Source: an uncultured Anaerolineaceae bacterium (GTDB taxonomy: Bacteria; Chloroflexota; Anaerolineae; Anaerolineales; Anaerolineaceae). Taken from it: 64,000 nucleotides of DNA. Position 1 is the first letter of the stretch; the number at the start of each line of letters is the position of its first letter. Location of the stretch: assembly GCA_964498605.1 (NCBI GenBank), contig CAZCHK010000003.1, forward strand, positions 13,621-77,620, written 5' to 3'. Positions 16,220 to 26,257 of the stretch are shown in pieces. Below the pieces are notes generated by a model. It searched no databases. It saw only the letters and a program-made list of their open reading frames with translations, and had not been told where the DNA came from. The position numbers and the translations under genes were made by a program.

Positions 16220-17681
16220 CCTGACCAGCCTCAGCGTGCGTGAGGCACTCACGCATCTGCGCAGCAGGACCTGTTCCAGCGTGGAACTGACGCAGGCACA
16301 CCTCAAGCGAATTGGGCAGCTGGAACCAGAACTGCACGCCTTCATCACACTGACCCCCGAACTGGCGCTTCAGGCTGCCAGGCAGGCGGATGAGATGCGA
16401 TCCGGATCGACTGATCTTGAATCCCTGCCCGGGCTGCTCGGACTTCCCATCGCCATCAAGGACCTGTTAACGCTGAAAGGCGTGCGCTGTACCTGTGGTT
16501 CGAAGATCCTGGAAGATTTCAAGCCGCCCTACACCGCCACCACCGTAGGCAGATTGCAGAACGCAGGTGTCGTGATCCTGGGGAAAACCAATCTGGATGA
16601 GTTTGCCATGGGTTCATCCACGGAAAACTCCGCTTACGGCGTGACGCGCAACCCGTGGAAGCCATCCCACGTCCCCGGCGGCTCCTCGGGGGGGTCGGCC
16701 GCTGCCACTGCCGCCAGGCTGGCACCAGCTGCCGTGGGAACCGATACCGGCGGCAGCATCAGGCAACCTGCCTCTTACTGCGGCTTGACTGGCATAAAAC
16801 CCACGTACGGCCGCACCTCCCGATACGGGCTGGTGGCTTACGGCTCTTCGCTGGATACCGTTGGATTATTCGCCCGCACGGCAGAGGATGCGGCCATGCT
16901 GCTGGAACATGCGGCGGGTCATGATCCCATGGACGCAACCACCAGCCGACTGCCGGTCCCCGCCTACACCACCAGATTGAACAGTGATCCGCGCGGAATA
17001 CGCATCGGGATCCCGAGTGAGTTCTTCATCAAAGGCATGCAGGCGGATGTCGAACAGGCTGTCCGCAAAGCCATCCTGGACCTGGAAGCGCTCGGGGCCA
17101 TCACGGTCGAGATCAGCCTGCCGCACACATCCTTCGCCCTGCCGGTATACTACATCCTTGCCACAGCCGAAGCTTCCGCCAACCTCGCGCGCTACGATGG
17201 GGTGCGCTTTGGCTGCCAGCCGGAAAGCGCCTCCTGGCAGGAGCTGTTCGAGCGCTCGCGCGGGAAGGCATTCGGTCCCGAGGTCAAACGGCGCATCATG
17301 CTTGGCACGTACGCTCTTTCTGCAGGTTACTACGACGCCTATTATGGACAGGCCCAGAAAGTGCGCCGCCTCATCCGGCAGGATTTCCTGCAGGCATTTG
17401 AGAAGGTGGATGTGATCGCCGCCCCGGTCGCCCCGACCACCGCCTTCAAGATCGGTGAACACACGGGTGATCCACTGGCGATGTACCTGGAGGATGTCTT
17501 CACGCTCCCGGCCAACCTGGCCGGCTTGCCGGGGCTGGCTTTTCCGGTAGGTTTTGACGCGCAGGGATTGCCCATCGGGATGCAGTTGATGGGCCGCCAT
17601 TTTGAAGAACAGACCCTTTTCAACGCCGCACACGCCTATCAGCAGATCACGGATTGGCACAAGCGCGAGCCCCAACTGTAA
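16212..17681 (+). CDS. gatA: Glu/Asp-tRNA amidotransferase subunit A
   Basis: Amidase signature GGSSGGSAAA...GTDTGGSIRQPA. N-terminus LSVREALTHLRSRTCSSVELTQAHLKRI. Confidence 0.92.
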   Translation: MPDLTSLSVREALTHLRSRTCSSVELTQAHLKRIGQLEPELHAFITLTPELALQAARQADEMRSGSTDLESLPGLLGLPIAIKDLLTLKGVRCTCGSKILEDFKPPYTATTVGRLQNAGVVILGKTNLDEFAMGSSTENSAYGVTRNPWKPSHVPGGSSGGSAAATAARLAPAAVGTDTGGSIRQPASYCGLTGIKPTYGRTSRYGLVAYGSSLDTVGLFARTAEDAAMLLEHAAGHDPMDATTSRLPVPAYTTRLNSDPRGIRIGIPSEFFIKGMQADVEQAVRKAILDLEALGAITVEISLPHTSFALPVYYILATAEASANLARYDGVRFGCQPESASWQELFERSRGKAFGPEVKRRIMLGTYALSAGYYDAYYGQAQKVRRLIRQDFLQAFEKVDVIAAPVAPTTAFKIGEHTGDPLAMYLEDVFTLPANLAGLPGLAFPVGFDAQGLPIGMQLMGRHFEEQTLFNAAHAYQQITDWHKREPQL

Positions 17682-17709
17682 TGATTCACTCATCCTCCCG
17701 ATAGAGGGG

Positions 17710-17718
17710 TGATAGAAT
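17710..17718 (+). promoter_or_regulatory. Extended -10 box TGATAGAAT
   Basis: 31 nt upstream of the pepF ATG. AAAGGA SD at 17735-17740. Confidence 0.35.
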
Positions 17719-17748
17719 TATCTTTATTCCCAAGAAAGGATCCTTCTC

Positions 17749-19452
17749 ATGTCCATACCTGTACCGCAAAAACCTGCCGAACTGATCAAACTTGGCTGGT
17801 CTGATCTGCTGCCCTATTTTATTGAGCTGGAAAACCAGGAGTTGACCGCCCAAAATGTGCATGCCTGGCTGGCTGACTGGTCACGCCTGTCTGAAGTGGT
17901 TGACGAGATCTATCAGCGCCTGTACGTGGAGCATACACTTCACACGGACGACGAGGAAGCTGAAAAGAAGTACAACGCTTTCCTGGAGAACATCTACCCG
18001 CATTCGATGGACCAGGAGCAGAAGCTGAAGGAAAAGCTGCTCGCCAGCAAACTGGAACCCGCAGGATTTGAGATCCCGCTGCGCAACATGCGCGCGGAAG
18101 CTGATCTGTACAGCCCGGATAATTCCAAGCTGATCGGCGAGGAGCATAAGCTCGCGTCTGTGTACGAAAAGATTGTGGGGGCCCAGACCGTGCAGTGGGA
18201 AGGCAAAGAATTGACCGTCATGCAGTTGAAACCGATCTTCCAGGACCCCGACCGCAGCAGGCGCGAGCAAGCCTGGCGCCTTTCCATGGAACGCCAGCTG
18301 GCGGACCGCGCAGCGATCAATGCCAACTGGAAAAAGCTGTTGGCGTTGAGGCTGCAGATCGCCAGGAATGCCAAAAAGGCCGATTACCGCGCCTGGTCGT
18401 GGCAGCAAAAACTGCGCTTCGATTACACCCCCGATGATGCGAAAAATTTCCTGAACGCCATCGAAAAAGCAGTGGTACCGGTCGCTGCCAGACGCTATGA
18501 GAAACGCCGCGCACGTCTGGGCGTGGACAGCCTGCGGCCGTGGGATGTAAGCGTTGACCCCCTTCACCGCCCCGCCCTCAAACCGTACCGTACAGCGGGT
18601 GAACTGATCCAAAAAACATTGAGCGTCTATTACGCGGTGGATTCCGCGCTGGGTGATAACCTGAAGTACATGATCGACCACGAGCTGATGGACGTGGAGA
18701 ATCGCAAAGGAAAGGCTCCAGGCGCATATTGCACCGGTTTTTCTACCATCCGCAAGCCGTTCATCTTCCACAACGCTGTTGGCCTGCACGATTGCGTGCA
18801 AACCATGCTTCACGAAGGCGGTCATGCCATGCATGTCTTCGAATCCGCTGTGCTGCCGTATTTCCACCAAATGAACGTGCCGATGGAATTTGCCGAGGTC
18901 GCGTCCATGGGAATGGAGCTCCTCGCCTCGCCGTACCTGGAATCTGAAAAGGGAGGTTTCTACGACGAGAAAGATGCCGCCCGGGCGCGTATCGAGCATC
19001 TGGAATCCAACATCAATTTCTGGCCTTACATGGCGGTTGTGGACGCCTTCCAGCATTGGGTCTACGAGAATCCTGAAAAAGCTGCCGATCCCGCCAACTG
19101 CGACGCCGCCTGGGGCGACCGGTGGGACCGCTTCATGCAGGGAGTCGACTGGTCGGGTTTTGAAGAAGCCAAAGTGACCGGGTGGCATCGCAAACTGCAC
19201 ATCCACGAGATCCCCTTCTACTACATCGAGTACGGCCTGGCGCAGCTTGGCGCTGTGCAGATCTGGTCGAACGCGATGAAAGATCAGGGAAAAGCAGTCG
19301 CGGATTACCGCCGCGCCCTCAGTCTGGGAGGTTCAGCGACCCTGCCCGAGCTGTTCAAAACCGCCGGGGCACGCCTGGCTTTCGATGCCGAACTGCTGGG
19401 AGAAATGACCAGCCTGATGGAATCCAAGATCGAGGAGTACGAAAAGATCTAG
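17749..19452 (+). CDS. pepF: M3-family oligoendopeptidase F
   Basis: Zinc motif HEGGHAMH plus a downstream EVASMGME glutamate. About 570 aa, typical for PepF. Confidence 0.88.
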   Translation: MSIPVPQKPAELIKLGWSDLLPYFIELENQELTAQNVHAWLADWSRLSEVVDEIYQRLYVEHTLHTDDEEAEKKYNAFLENIYPHSMDQEQKLKEKLLASKLEPAGFEIPLRNMRAEADLYSPDNSKLIGEEHKLASVYEKIVGAQTVQWEGKELTVMQLKPIFQDPDRSRREQAWRLSMERQLADRAAINANWKKLLALRLQIARNAKKADYRAWSWQQKLRFDYTPDDAKNFLNAIEKAVVPVAARRYEKRRARLGVDSLRPWDVSVDPLHRPALKPYRTAGELIQKTLSVYYAVDSALGDNLKYMIDHELMDVENRKGKAPGAYCTGFSTIRKPFIFHNAVGLHDCVQTMLHEGGHAMHVFESAVLPYFHQMNVPMEFAEVASMGMELLASPYLESEKGGFYDEKDAARARIEHLESNINFWPYMAVVDAFQHWVYENPEKAADPANCDAAWGDRWDRFMQGVDWSGFEEAKVTGWHRKLHIHEIPFYYIEYGLAQLGAVQIWSNAMKDQGKAVADYRRALSLGGSATLPELFKTAGARLAFDAELLGEMTSLMESKIEEYEKI

Positions 19453-19483
19453 GTAGTCGAACATACATCTACCAGTCCAATCC

Positions 19484-19512
19484 AGAGCAAACGATCCCGT
19501 TTGCTCTTTTTC
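19484..19512 (+). terminator. Rho-independent terminator
   Basis: AGAGCAAACG-atcc-CGTTTGCTCT (10-bp stem) followed by TTTT. Confidence 0.75.
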
Positions 19513-19529
19513 GTGCGCGAACAAGTGGT

Positions 19530-20438
19530 TCAATCAAATTCTTCGCTGGTGCCTGCCGGCCACAGCGGGTAGAACATGGACCACTGATCCGGGTACCGGG
19601 AAATGAACACCTCACCCGCGGCGATGACCCGCTCCGCGTTGCTTAAAATCTCTTCGCGAGCATCACCTCCCGCTTCCATCTCGATCGCTTCACTGCATTC
19701 CATCATGTACTTACCGAATGCATCTTTGTGAATCACCACGACGCGCACGCAGGCATGGACCTTGAGCGCCAGCTTCACATAGAATACCGGCACCTCGGCG
19801 GGGTGTCCAAAGAACCTCGGAGCGTAGCCGCAGCCCGGGTTGGGTCGGTCCAGGCCCGTGAGCACGGTACCGTTTCGCTGCAATAATTCCCGCGCCTGGG
19901 TCAGCGCTGCAGGTGAGATGGGGGTGATGTTCAATCCCTGCTGCTTTCTGAGCAGGTTCTGCCACCGGTACGCGTTGTTGAGATTCGGGTAGGACAAGAT
20001 CTGCACGGGCAGTCCAAACAGGGCAATGGCGTACCCGGCCAGGTCGATCGGTCCGATGTGCGGCGCCACGAATATGGTGGCGCTGCGTTCGCGCATGCAG
20101 TCGTGCAGGACCTGCTCAAACCCGGGCGAGAAGCACACCAATGCACGTACTTTTTGAGGGCGGCGCAGATTGTGATAAAAATCGAACAGGAACGCTGCCT
20201 GGTTGACAAAGACCTGGCGCGTCTTCTCCTCCAGCTGCCGGGGGTTTTCGTTTGGCAGCGCAAGGCGCAAATTGGAGCGCACCGCGCGATATACTGTGCT
20301 TGTTTTTCGCAAGGCCATGCCGCGGGCTGCCACTCCCGCGATCGCCCGCCCCAGCCGCTCAGGAAGCAGTGATCCAATGGCCAGGGCCGATCCCATGCCA
20401 AACGCACTGTTGATGAACCGCAATATTCCCTTTCCCAT
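19530..20438 (-). CDS. Lysophospholipid/lipid A-type (LpxL/HtrB-family) acyltransferase
   Basis: HX4D motif APHIGPIDLAG and LABLAT-family overall layout. About 300 aa. Confidence 0.7.
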   Translation of the reverse strand: MGKGILRFINSAFGMGSALAIGSLLPERLGRAIAGVAARGMALRKTSTVYRAVRSNLRLALPNENPRQLEEKTRQVFVNQAAFLFDFYHNLRRPQKVRALVCFSPGFEQVLHDCMRERSATIFVAPHIGPIDLAGYAIALFGLPVQILSYPNLNNAYRWQNLLRKQQGLNITPISPAALTQARELLQRNGTVLTGLDRPNPGCGYAPRFFGHPAEVPVFYVKLALKVHACVRVVVIHKDAFGKYMMECSEAIEMEAGGDAREEILSNAERVIAAGEVFISRYPDQWSMFYPLWPAGTSEEFD

Positions 20439-20607
20439 GCTGCCTGCCTATCTGTTTAACCAATTACACGCAATTTGGTTGCATGAATTCCCTTTGGATT
20501 CAGCGAATGTCCATGCATGAAGGCAAATATGACCGGATCACTCCATATCTCCTTTCAATATCGGGGTGTTAATACATACATAACTTTTGTGCTCAGAGGT
20601 GAGAAGA

Positions 20608-21222
20608 ATGCTACCCAATATACTCTGTATCGCAGGGGGATTCATTTCTGGAAGTATTCCGTTTTCACTCCTGCTTGGCAGACTTGTCTCCAGCAAGGAC
20701 ATCCGCACGGTTGGTGACGGCAATCCCGGCGCGGCCAACGCGTGGAAAGCTGGCGGCTGGAGAAGCGGTCTGCCGGCAATGATCCTGGATATCAGCAAAG
20801 GTTTCCTGCCAGTATACCTGGCTGTTCATGTCGGTCATCTGGAAGGATGGGCATTGTTACCCATCGCCCTGGCACCAATCCTGGGGCACGCTTTTTCCCC
20901 TCTCCTGCGATTCAAAGGGGGGAAAGCCATCGGCGTCTCAGGTGGCGTCTGGCTTGCCCTGGCAGGGTTGGAGCCAATTGTGGTATTTGGTGTTTTCACG
21001 CTGGTGATGCTGGTGTTTCAGCCTGAGCACGCCTGGTGCGTGGTGGTGGGCATGTCCTGCCTCGCCTTCTACTGGATCGTCGCGCAGGCTGACCTGCCAT
21101 TGACTCTCACCGCGGCTGGCAACCTGCTCATCCTTGCCTGGAAGCACCGCCATGAACTGCTCAGGCCCATTTTACTGAGACAGTGGGTGAAAAACCTCCT
21201 GCTTCGCGCCCGGAGTTCATAA
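20608..21222 (+). CDS. plsY: Glycerol-3-phosphate acyltransferase PlsY
   Basis: GSIPFSLLLGR...DIRTVGDGNPGAANAWKAGG and GGKAIGVSGG motifs. SD GAGGTGA before the ATG at 20608. Confidence 0.88.
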   Translation: MLPNILCIAGGFISGSIPFSLLLGRLVSSKDIRTVGDGNPGAANAWKAGGWRSGLPAMILDISKGFLPVYLAVHVGHLEGWALLPIALAPILGHAFSPLLRFKGGKAIGVSGGVWLALAGLEPIVVFGVFTLVMLVFQPEHAWCVVVGMSCLAFYWIVAQADLPLTLTAAGNLLILAWKHRHELLRPILLRQWVKNLLLRARSS

Positions 21223-22385
21223 TGCCTTTTATCGATTTTTTCTTCTTGATTATGCTCATCCTGGTATTTGCCGGTGTTCTGATATCGCTGTCAAACGCGT
21301 TCTGGCTGAAACGCCTGGATGATTTTAACAGCACGGAATCATCCAGTATGCCGCTGGTGTCCATTCTCGTTCCTGCCCGCAACGAGGAGCGGAATATCGC
21401 TGCCTGCCTGAAATCCCTGCTCGCGCAGGATTATCCAAATTTCGAGGTGATCGTGTTGGACGATCATTCCACCGATGAGACAGCTCTTATCCTGGCCGAC
21501 CTGCTGCGCGATCATTCCAAGATACAAGTTCTCCAGGGGAAAACGCTCCCTGCGGGTTGGCCAGGAAAACACTGGGCCTGTCATCAGCTCTCCCAGGCTG
21601 CCAGGGGTGAATTGCTGCTCTTCACTGATGCAGATACACGCCATGCCCCCCAGACGCTGCGCCGCGCCGTGATAGGAATGCAGAAGGAAGGGGCGGACCT
21701 CCTTTCCGCGCTCCCACGCCAGGAGGTGGTTTCCTGGAGCGAAAAACTGATCGTGCCTTTCATGAACTGGGCGATTCACAGTTATCTGCCACTGCGGCTG
21801 GCCCAGAGGATGCAGCTGCCGTTTTTCTCCCTGACAATCGGCCAGTTCATGCTTTTCCGCAAAGAAGCATTCGCCGCGGTGGGTGGATTCACATCAGCCA
21901 CGCATAACGTGAATGACGATGTGGCCCTGGGCAGAGCAATCATATCCAATGGATATGAGTGGCGTTTAATGAACGGTGCCCGATACATCAGCTGCCGGAT
22001 GTACCACAACCTTTCCGAAATCCTCAACGGCTTCAGCAAGAACGTGTTTGGATTTTTTAACTACTGTATTCTTCCATTTGTAGCCATTTTCCTCTTCGCC
22101 ACGCTGGCTTTCCTGGAACCGCTGTGGGCGGTCAGCAACCATGCCCTGGGGGGCATCGTTTCAGAACGGGCAGCCGACTACGCCTGGCTGGCGGTGATCG
22201 GTGCGTTATTGCTGTTCGGGATCGCCTATATCCGGCTGCGCATCCCAATCTACCTGGTTCCGCTTTACCCTTTGACCATCTTCCTGTTCACCCTGGTCGC
22301 TTTACGTTCCATGATCTTCAGCCTGACCGGCAGGGCTTCCTGGAAGGACCGCGAACTGGGAAAAAGCAGCGTGCGCTGGTTTTGA
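21222..22385 (+). CDS. GT2 membrane glycosyltransferase
   Basis: VSILVPARNEERNI...VIVLDDHSTDET...FTDADTRH (DxD) and C-terminal TM helices. Start overlaps the plsY stop (TAATG). Confidence 0.75.
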   Translation: MPFIDFFFLIMLILVFAGVLISLSNAFWLKRLDDFNSTESSSMPLVSILVPARNEERNIAACLKSLLAQDYPNFEVIVLDDHSTDETALILADLLRDHSKIQVLQGKTLPAGWPGKHWACHQLSQAARGELLLFTDADTRHAPQTLRRAVIGMQKEGADLLSALPRQEVVSWSEKLIVPFMNWAIHSYLPLRLAQRMQLPFFSLTIGQFMLFRKEAFAAVGGFTSATHNVNDDVALGRAIISNGYEWRLMNGARYISCRMYHNLSEILNGFSKNVFGFFNYCILPFVAIFLFATLAFLEPLWAVSNHALGGIVSERAADYAWLAVIGALLLFGIAYIRLRIPIYLVPLYPLTIFLFTLVALRSMIFSLTGRASWKDRELGKSSVRWF

Positions 22386-22515
22386 TATATCCGTACATGA
22401 CATTCAAAATGCGATGCGAAGGACTCCAGCGCGGTGTTTTCCTGTCTGCTTTTCATTTTGAATTAACCTTGCGATTTTATAATTACGCCAGAAAATACCT
22501 GAGGAGTGAAAAAAC

Positions 22516-23616
22516 ATGGCCGATTCGCGTATCGAGAAGCTGGCCGAAGTGCTTGTGCGCTACTCGCTGGAGATCAAACCCGGTGACTGGCTTTTGCTGC
22601 GCACCAGCCCTGTGGCCGATGAACTGAATCTCGCGTTCATCAAACAAGCCATTCAAGCGGGGGCAAACCTGACATTGCAATCCGCTGTATCCGGAGCTGA
22701 GGAGGTCATCTATAAATACGCTTCGGATGCCCAGCTGGAATGGATCAGCCCGGCGCGTAAAATGATGATCGAACAGGTCGACGCCCAGATGGTGATCGAT
22801 TGTGACACCAACACGCGCGCACTTTCCGGAATTGATCCCTCGCGCTTCGCTGTTTCACAAAAAGCCAATGCCCCACTGTTTAAAACTTTCATGGAACGTG
22901 CGGCGAAAAAAGAAGTGCGCTGGTCCCTGACGGTGTTCCCCTGCAACGCGCTGGCCCAGGAAGCGGACATGAGCCTGAGCGACTACCAGGATTTCGTGTA
23001 CGGAGCGGATATGCTCAACGAACCTGACCCGGTGGCATTCTGGAAGGGGCTGGGGGTCAAGCAGAATGGTTACACCAGCTGGTTGAAAGGTCACGATCAG
23101 GTCGTCATTAAAGGATCCAACCTGGACCTGAAACTATCCATCAAAGAACGCACCTTCATCAGCTGTGCCGGGAAGGAGAATTTCCCGGACGGCGAGATTT
23201 TCACCGGCCCGGTGGAAGAATCCGTGAACGGCTGGGTGCGCTTTCGCTATCCTGCCATTGAATTCGGGCAGGAAGTGACCGATATCGAACTGTGGTTCGA
23301 GAACGGCAGGGTGGTCAAGGAAACCGCCAGCAAGAACCAGGAGCTTCTCACCAGCCAGCTCAACACCGACCCCGGCGCGCGCTTCGTTGGAGAATTCGGC
23401 ATCGGCACCAATTACGGCATCAACCGCTTCACCAAGCACATGCTTTTTGATGAAAAAATGGGCGGCACCATTCACCTGGCTCTTGGGCATGGGTATCCTG
23501 AATCCGGCAGCAAGAATGAATCCGGCATTCACTGGGATATGCTGTGCGACATGAACGACGCGGAAATGACCGCAGACGGGGAAACCTTTTACAAGAACGG
23601 AAACTTCACGCTGTAG
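22516..23616 (+). CDS. M29-family aminopeptidase (AmpS/PepS-like)
   Basis: IEKLAEVLVRYSLEIKPGD...FPDGEIFTGP...EFGIGTN...HLALG are M29 hallmarks. SD GAGGAG. Confidence 0.85.
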   Translation: MADSRIEKLAEVLVRYSLEIKPGDWLLLRTSPVADELNLAFIKQAIQAGANLTLQSAVSGAEEVIYKYASDAQLEWISPARKMMIEQVDAQMVIDCDTNTRALSGIDPSRFAVSQKANAPLFKTFMERAAKKEVRWSLTVFPCNALAQEADMSLSDYQDFVYGADMLNEPDPVAFWKGLGVKQNGYTSWLKGHDQVVIKGSNLDLKLSIKERTFISCAGKENFPDGEIFTGPVEESVNGWVRFRYPAIEFGQEVTDIELWFENGRVVKETASKNQELLTSQLNTDPGARFVGEFGIGTNYGINRFTKHMLFDEKMGGTIHLALGHGYPESGSKNESGIHWDMLCDMNDAEMTADGETFYKNGNFTL

Positions 23617-23647
23617 GCGTGTTTCATTCTGATTCTCCTTTGTCCCT

Positions 23648-23670
23648 CCAGTCGGCGTCATGCCGACTGG
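23648..23670 (+). terminator. Hairpin CCAGTCGGC-gtcat-GCCGACTGG (weak terminator candidate)
   Basis: 9-bp perfect stem 30 nt after the aminopeptidase stop. Only a poor T-tract (ATTGGATT). Confidence 0.35.
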
Positions 23671-23710
23671 ATTGGATTAAGCAGCGTTCGCGCGAAAACT
23701 GTCCGTCGGG

Positions 23711-23716
23711 TACAAT
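23711..23716 (+). promoter_or_regulatory. -10 hexamer TACAAT exactly 6 nt before the ATG (leaderless-type)
   Basis: Reads tacaat-tcttcc-ATG(23723). No SD. Confidence 0.4.
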
Positions 23717-23722
23717 TCTTCC

Positions 23723-24763
23723 ATGAACATTACCACGCACCAGTTTTTCGATGAGAAGCTGCAGTTCGGGTGGAACGCCCTTCTGGCAGAATCGATCACG
23801 CACGTACCCTTCCTGCGCTTTGAATACCTGCGCGCCTGGTGGAAACATCTGGGCGGCGGCGAGTGGGGTGAAAAGCCTGGCGGCAGCACTCAGCTCGCTC
23901 CACCGCGCTTGACCATCGTCACCCTCAGCGACAGCGGGCAACTGGTCGCTATCGCGCCTCTCTTTCACGCCTCGCACGAAGAGCGCCCCGCGCTGCTCCT
24001 GCTGGGATCGATCGAGATATCGGATTACCTCGACCTGATCGTGCGCCAGGCAGACCTGCAGCCATTCCTGACTGCCCTGCTACCCTTCCTTGCATCCGAC
24101 GCCCTGCCTGATTGGGAAGCGGTCGATCTCTACAATCTGCTTGAAAGTTCCCCCACAATCCCGGCGCTGCAGGAAACCGCGGCGCGCATGGGCTGGAAAA
24201 CTGATCTGCAGCCCCTGCAGCCCGCCCCCGCCATCCCCCTGCCTGGCGATTGGGAGAAGTACCTGGCCGGCATTGACAAGAAGCAGCGCCACGAGATCCG
24301 CCGCAAGATGCGGCGTCTGGAAGAATCAGGCACACCCTGGCGCTGGTATTTCGCTGAAGACCCGGATGCTCTGGAGGAGGAGATACATGCATTTCTTGAA
24401 TTAATGGGCCAGGATGCCGAGAAAGCTTCCTTTCTGACCCCCTCCATGCGGGAGATGCTGCTGGAAGCAGCGCGGTGCGCTTTCTCAGCAGGCTGCCTCA
24501 AGCTGGCTTTTCTCGAGATCGATGGCAACAAAGCGGCGGCCTACCTGAACTTCGATTATCTCAACCGCGTCTGGGTGTACAACAGCGGACTGGAGCGCTC
24601 AATGCTGGAGCACTCCCCCGGCTGGGTGCTGCTGGGGCACCTGCTCAAATGGGCCAACGAAAACCGCCGCGTGGAGTTTGACTTCATGCGCGGCGGCGAG
24701 GATTACAAGTACCGCTTCGGGGGAATTCCCCGCAGGGTGATGCGGCTGACGATCACGCGCTGA
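23723..24763 (+). CDS. GNAT-fold acyltransferase, CelD/BcsL (FemAB-like) family
   Basis: C-terminal block EFDFMRGGEDYKYRFG and LEIDGNKAAAYLNF are typical of the CelD-like family. Confidence 0.7.
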   Translation: MNITTHQFFDEKLQFGWNALLAESITHVPFLRFEYLRAWWKHLGGGEWGEKPGGSTQLAPPRLTIVTLSDSGQLVAIAPLFHASHEERPALLLLGSIEISDYLDLIVRQADLQPFLTALLPFLASDALPDWEAVDLYNLLESSPTIPALQETAARMGWKTDLQPLQPAPAIPLPGDWEKYLAGIDKKQRHEIRRKMRRLEESGTPWRWYFAEDPDALEEEIHAFLELMGQDAEKASFLTPSMREMLLEAARCAFSAGCLKLAFLEIDGNKAAAYLNFDYLNRVWVYNSGLERSMLEHSPGWVLLGHLLKWANENRRVEFDFMRGGEDYKYRFGGIPRRVMRLTITR

Positions 24764-26237
24764 GGTCTTTTTGTGACCAGAGTTTGATCAGCTCGTGGAA
24801 AGTCTGGGTCATTTTTTCCAGCATCTCAAAACTGATGCGCTCATTGACACCGTGCACGCGCTGCATGTCTGCCTGGCTCACCAGGTAAGGTGTGAAGCGG
24901 TACACGCGGTCCGTCACCTGCAGATAATGCCGCGCGTCCGTCGCTCCAAGCACGAGGAATGGCGCCACGGGAACCTCGCCGTAGATCGAGCGGATGACCC
25001 TCTCCAGTACCTGGTACGCCGGGGTACTGGTATCAGATTCGATGGATGGTTCATTAGGAATGTCACTTGTGAACTTGATCTCCACGCGCTCGTCGTTGAT
25101 AACCCTGCGCACATGTTCAGTTACACTTTGGGTCGTATCCCCGGGCAGGATGCGGAAATTCACTTTCGCGCTCACCTGCTGTGGCAGGATATTTTCTTTC
25201 ACGCCGCCAGAGAGCATGGTCGGGGCGGTGGTCGTGCGCATCAGGGCGTCCGCGTAAGGGATGCGCGACAGGATCCGCTCGATTATCCCCTTGAACAGCC
25301 ACAGGTTGGCGAAAGCCACCTGGAAGAACCACGGCGCGGCAGTTCCGATTCCCTCGAAAAGCTGACGGGCGAATTTCAGATCCGCGCGCATCGGATTCTT
25401 CTGCAGCGCCAGAATGGCGCGCGCCAGAATGGTGATGGCACTTTCCCGGGGAGGGAGGGATGAGTGCCCGCCCCTGGCAGAGACAATCAACTCCAGCGTG
25501 AGATACCCCTTTTCCGCGACGCCGATCACCGCGACAGGCACATCAATCCCTTTGAAGAAACCCTGAACGAGATATCCGCCTTCATCCAGAACCACCTCGG
25601 GCTCGATGCCCTCCGCCTTCAGCCAATCGACAACGTTCTTCGCGCCGTGGATACTGAGCACTTCTTCATCATGCCCGAAAGCGAATATGACCGAGCGCTG
25701 TGGACGAAATCCATCCTTCATCAACAACTCCGCAGCTTGCAGCAGGGTGTAGATCTGGCTCTTGATGTCCAGCGTTCCGCGCCCCCACACCATCTCCCCA
25801 TCGATGTCTCCGCCGAAAGGTTCGTGCTCCCACTGGGAGAGGGTCTGGGGGTCAGCCGGGACCACATCCTGGTGGGCGGTCAGCACGACGGGTTTCAACT
25901 GGGGCTGCGCGCCTTTCCATATGTAGACGAGCGTGTCATTTCCCATGTCCTTCTTTTCTGTAAAGCGCTCAACGAAAGGAAAAGCTTTTTCCAGGGCCAG
26001 GCGGAACTGCAAAAAGGCATGCCGGTCGTCCAGGGCGGGGTCTGCGTGTGAAACTGTTTTACAGCGGATGCCCTCCGCCAGCGCCTTAGCCAGGCGCGGC
26101 AAGTCCACCGCGACGCTCTGAACGGCAGCCGCTTTTTCTGCCTTGCGAGGGAAACGCGCCGCGCGAATCATTACCACGGCAACAAGGATGGCAAAAAGGC
26201 CTGCCAGTGCGATCAAAATTATCCAGAAAATGTCCAT
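24753..26237 (-). CDS. M20/M28-family metallopeptidase with N-terminal membrane anchor
   Basis: LTAHQDVVP, HDEE and GGH motifs. N-terminal TM IILIALAGLFAILVAVVMI. 3' end overlaps the GNAT gene by 11 nt. Confidence 0.85.
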   Translation of the reverse strand: MDIFWIILIALAGLFAILVAVVMIRAARFPRKAEKAAAVQSVAVDLPRLAKALAEGIRCKTVSHADPALDDRHAFLQFRLALEKAFPFVERFTEKKDMGNDTLVYIWKGAQPQLKPVVLTAHQDVVPADPQTLSQWEHEPFGGDIDGEMVWGRGTLDIKSQIYTLLQAAELLMKDGFRPQRSVIFAFGHDEEVLSIHGAKNVVDWLKAEGIEPEVVLDEGGYLVQGFFKGIDVPVAVIGVAEKGYLTLELIVSARGGHSSLPPRESAITILARAILALQKNPMRADLKFARQLFEGIGTAAPWFFQVAFANLWLFKGIIERILSRIPYADALMRTTTAPTMLSGGVKENILPQQVSAKVNFRILPGDTTQSVTEHVRRVINDERVEIKFTSDIPNEPSIESDTSTPAYQVLERVIRSIYGEVPVAPFLVLGATDARHYLQVTDRVYRFTPYLVSQADMQRVHGVNERISFEMLEKMTQTFHELIKLWSQKDLSA

Positions 26238-26257
26238 GCCTAGCTCCTCGGTCGGGA

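Noticed and set aside
17881-19206. 441-aa ORF antisense to pepF. Similar long antisense ORFs occur at 2267-3157, 11940-12788, 16866-17693, 28544-29536, 34538-35290, 43145-43906, 44879-45841, 46304-46963, 46991-47713, 54534-55475 and 58659-59963.
   Set aside because: Each lies opposite a gene with clear family motifs. Their translations are Arg/Gly/His/Pro/Ala-rich low-complexity sequence with no motifs, and they lack SD or promoter signals. These are the typical stop-poor shadow frames of high-GC DNA.
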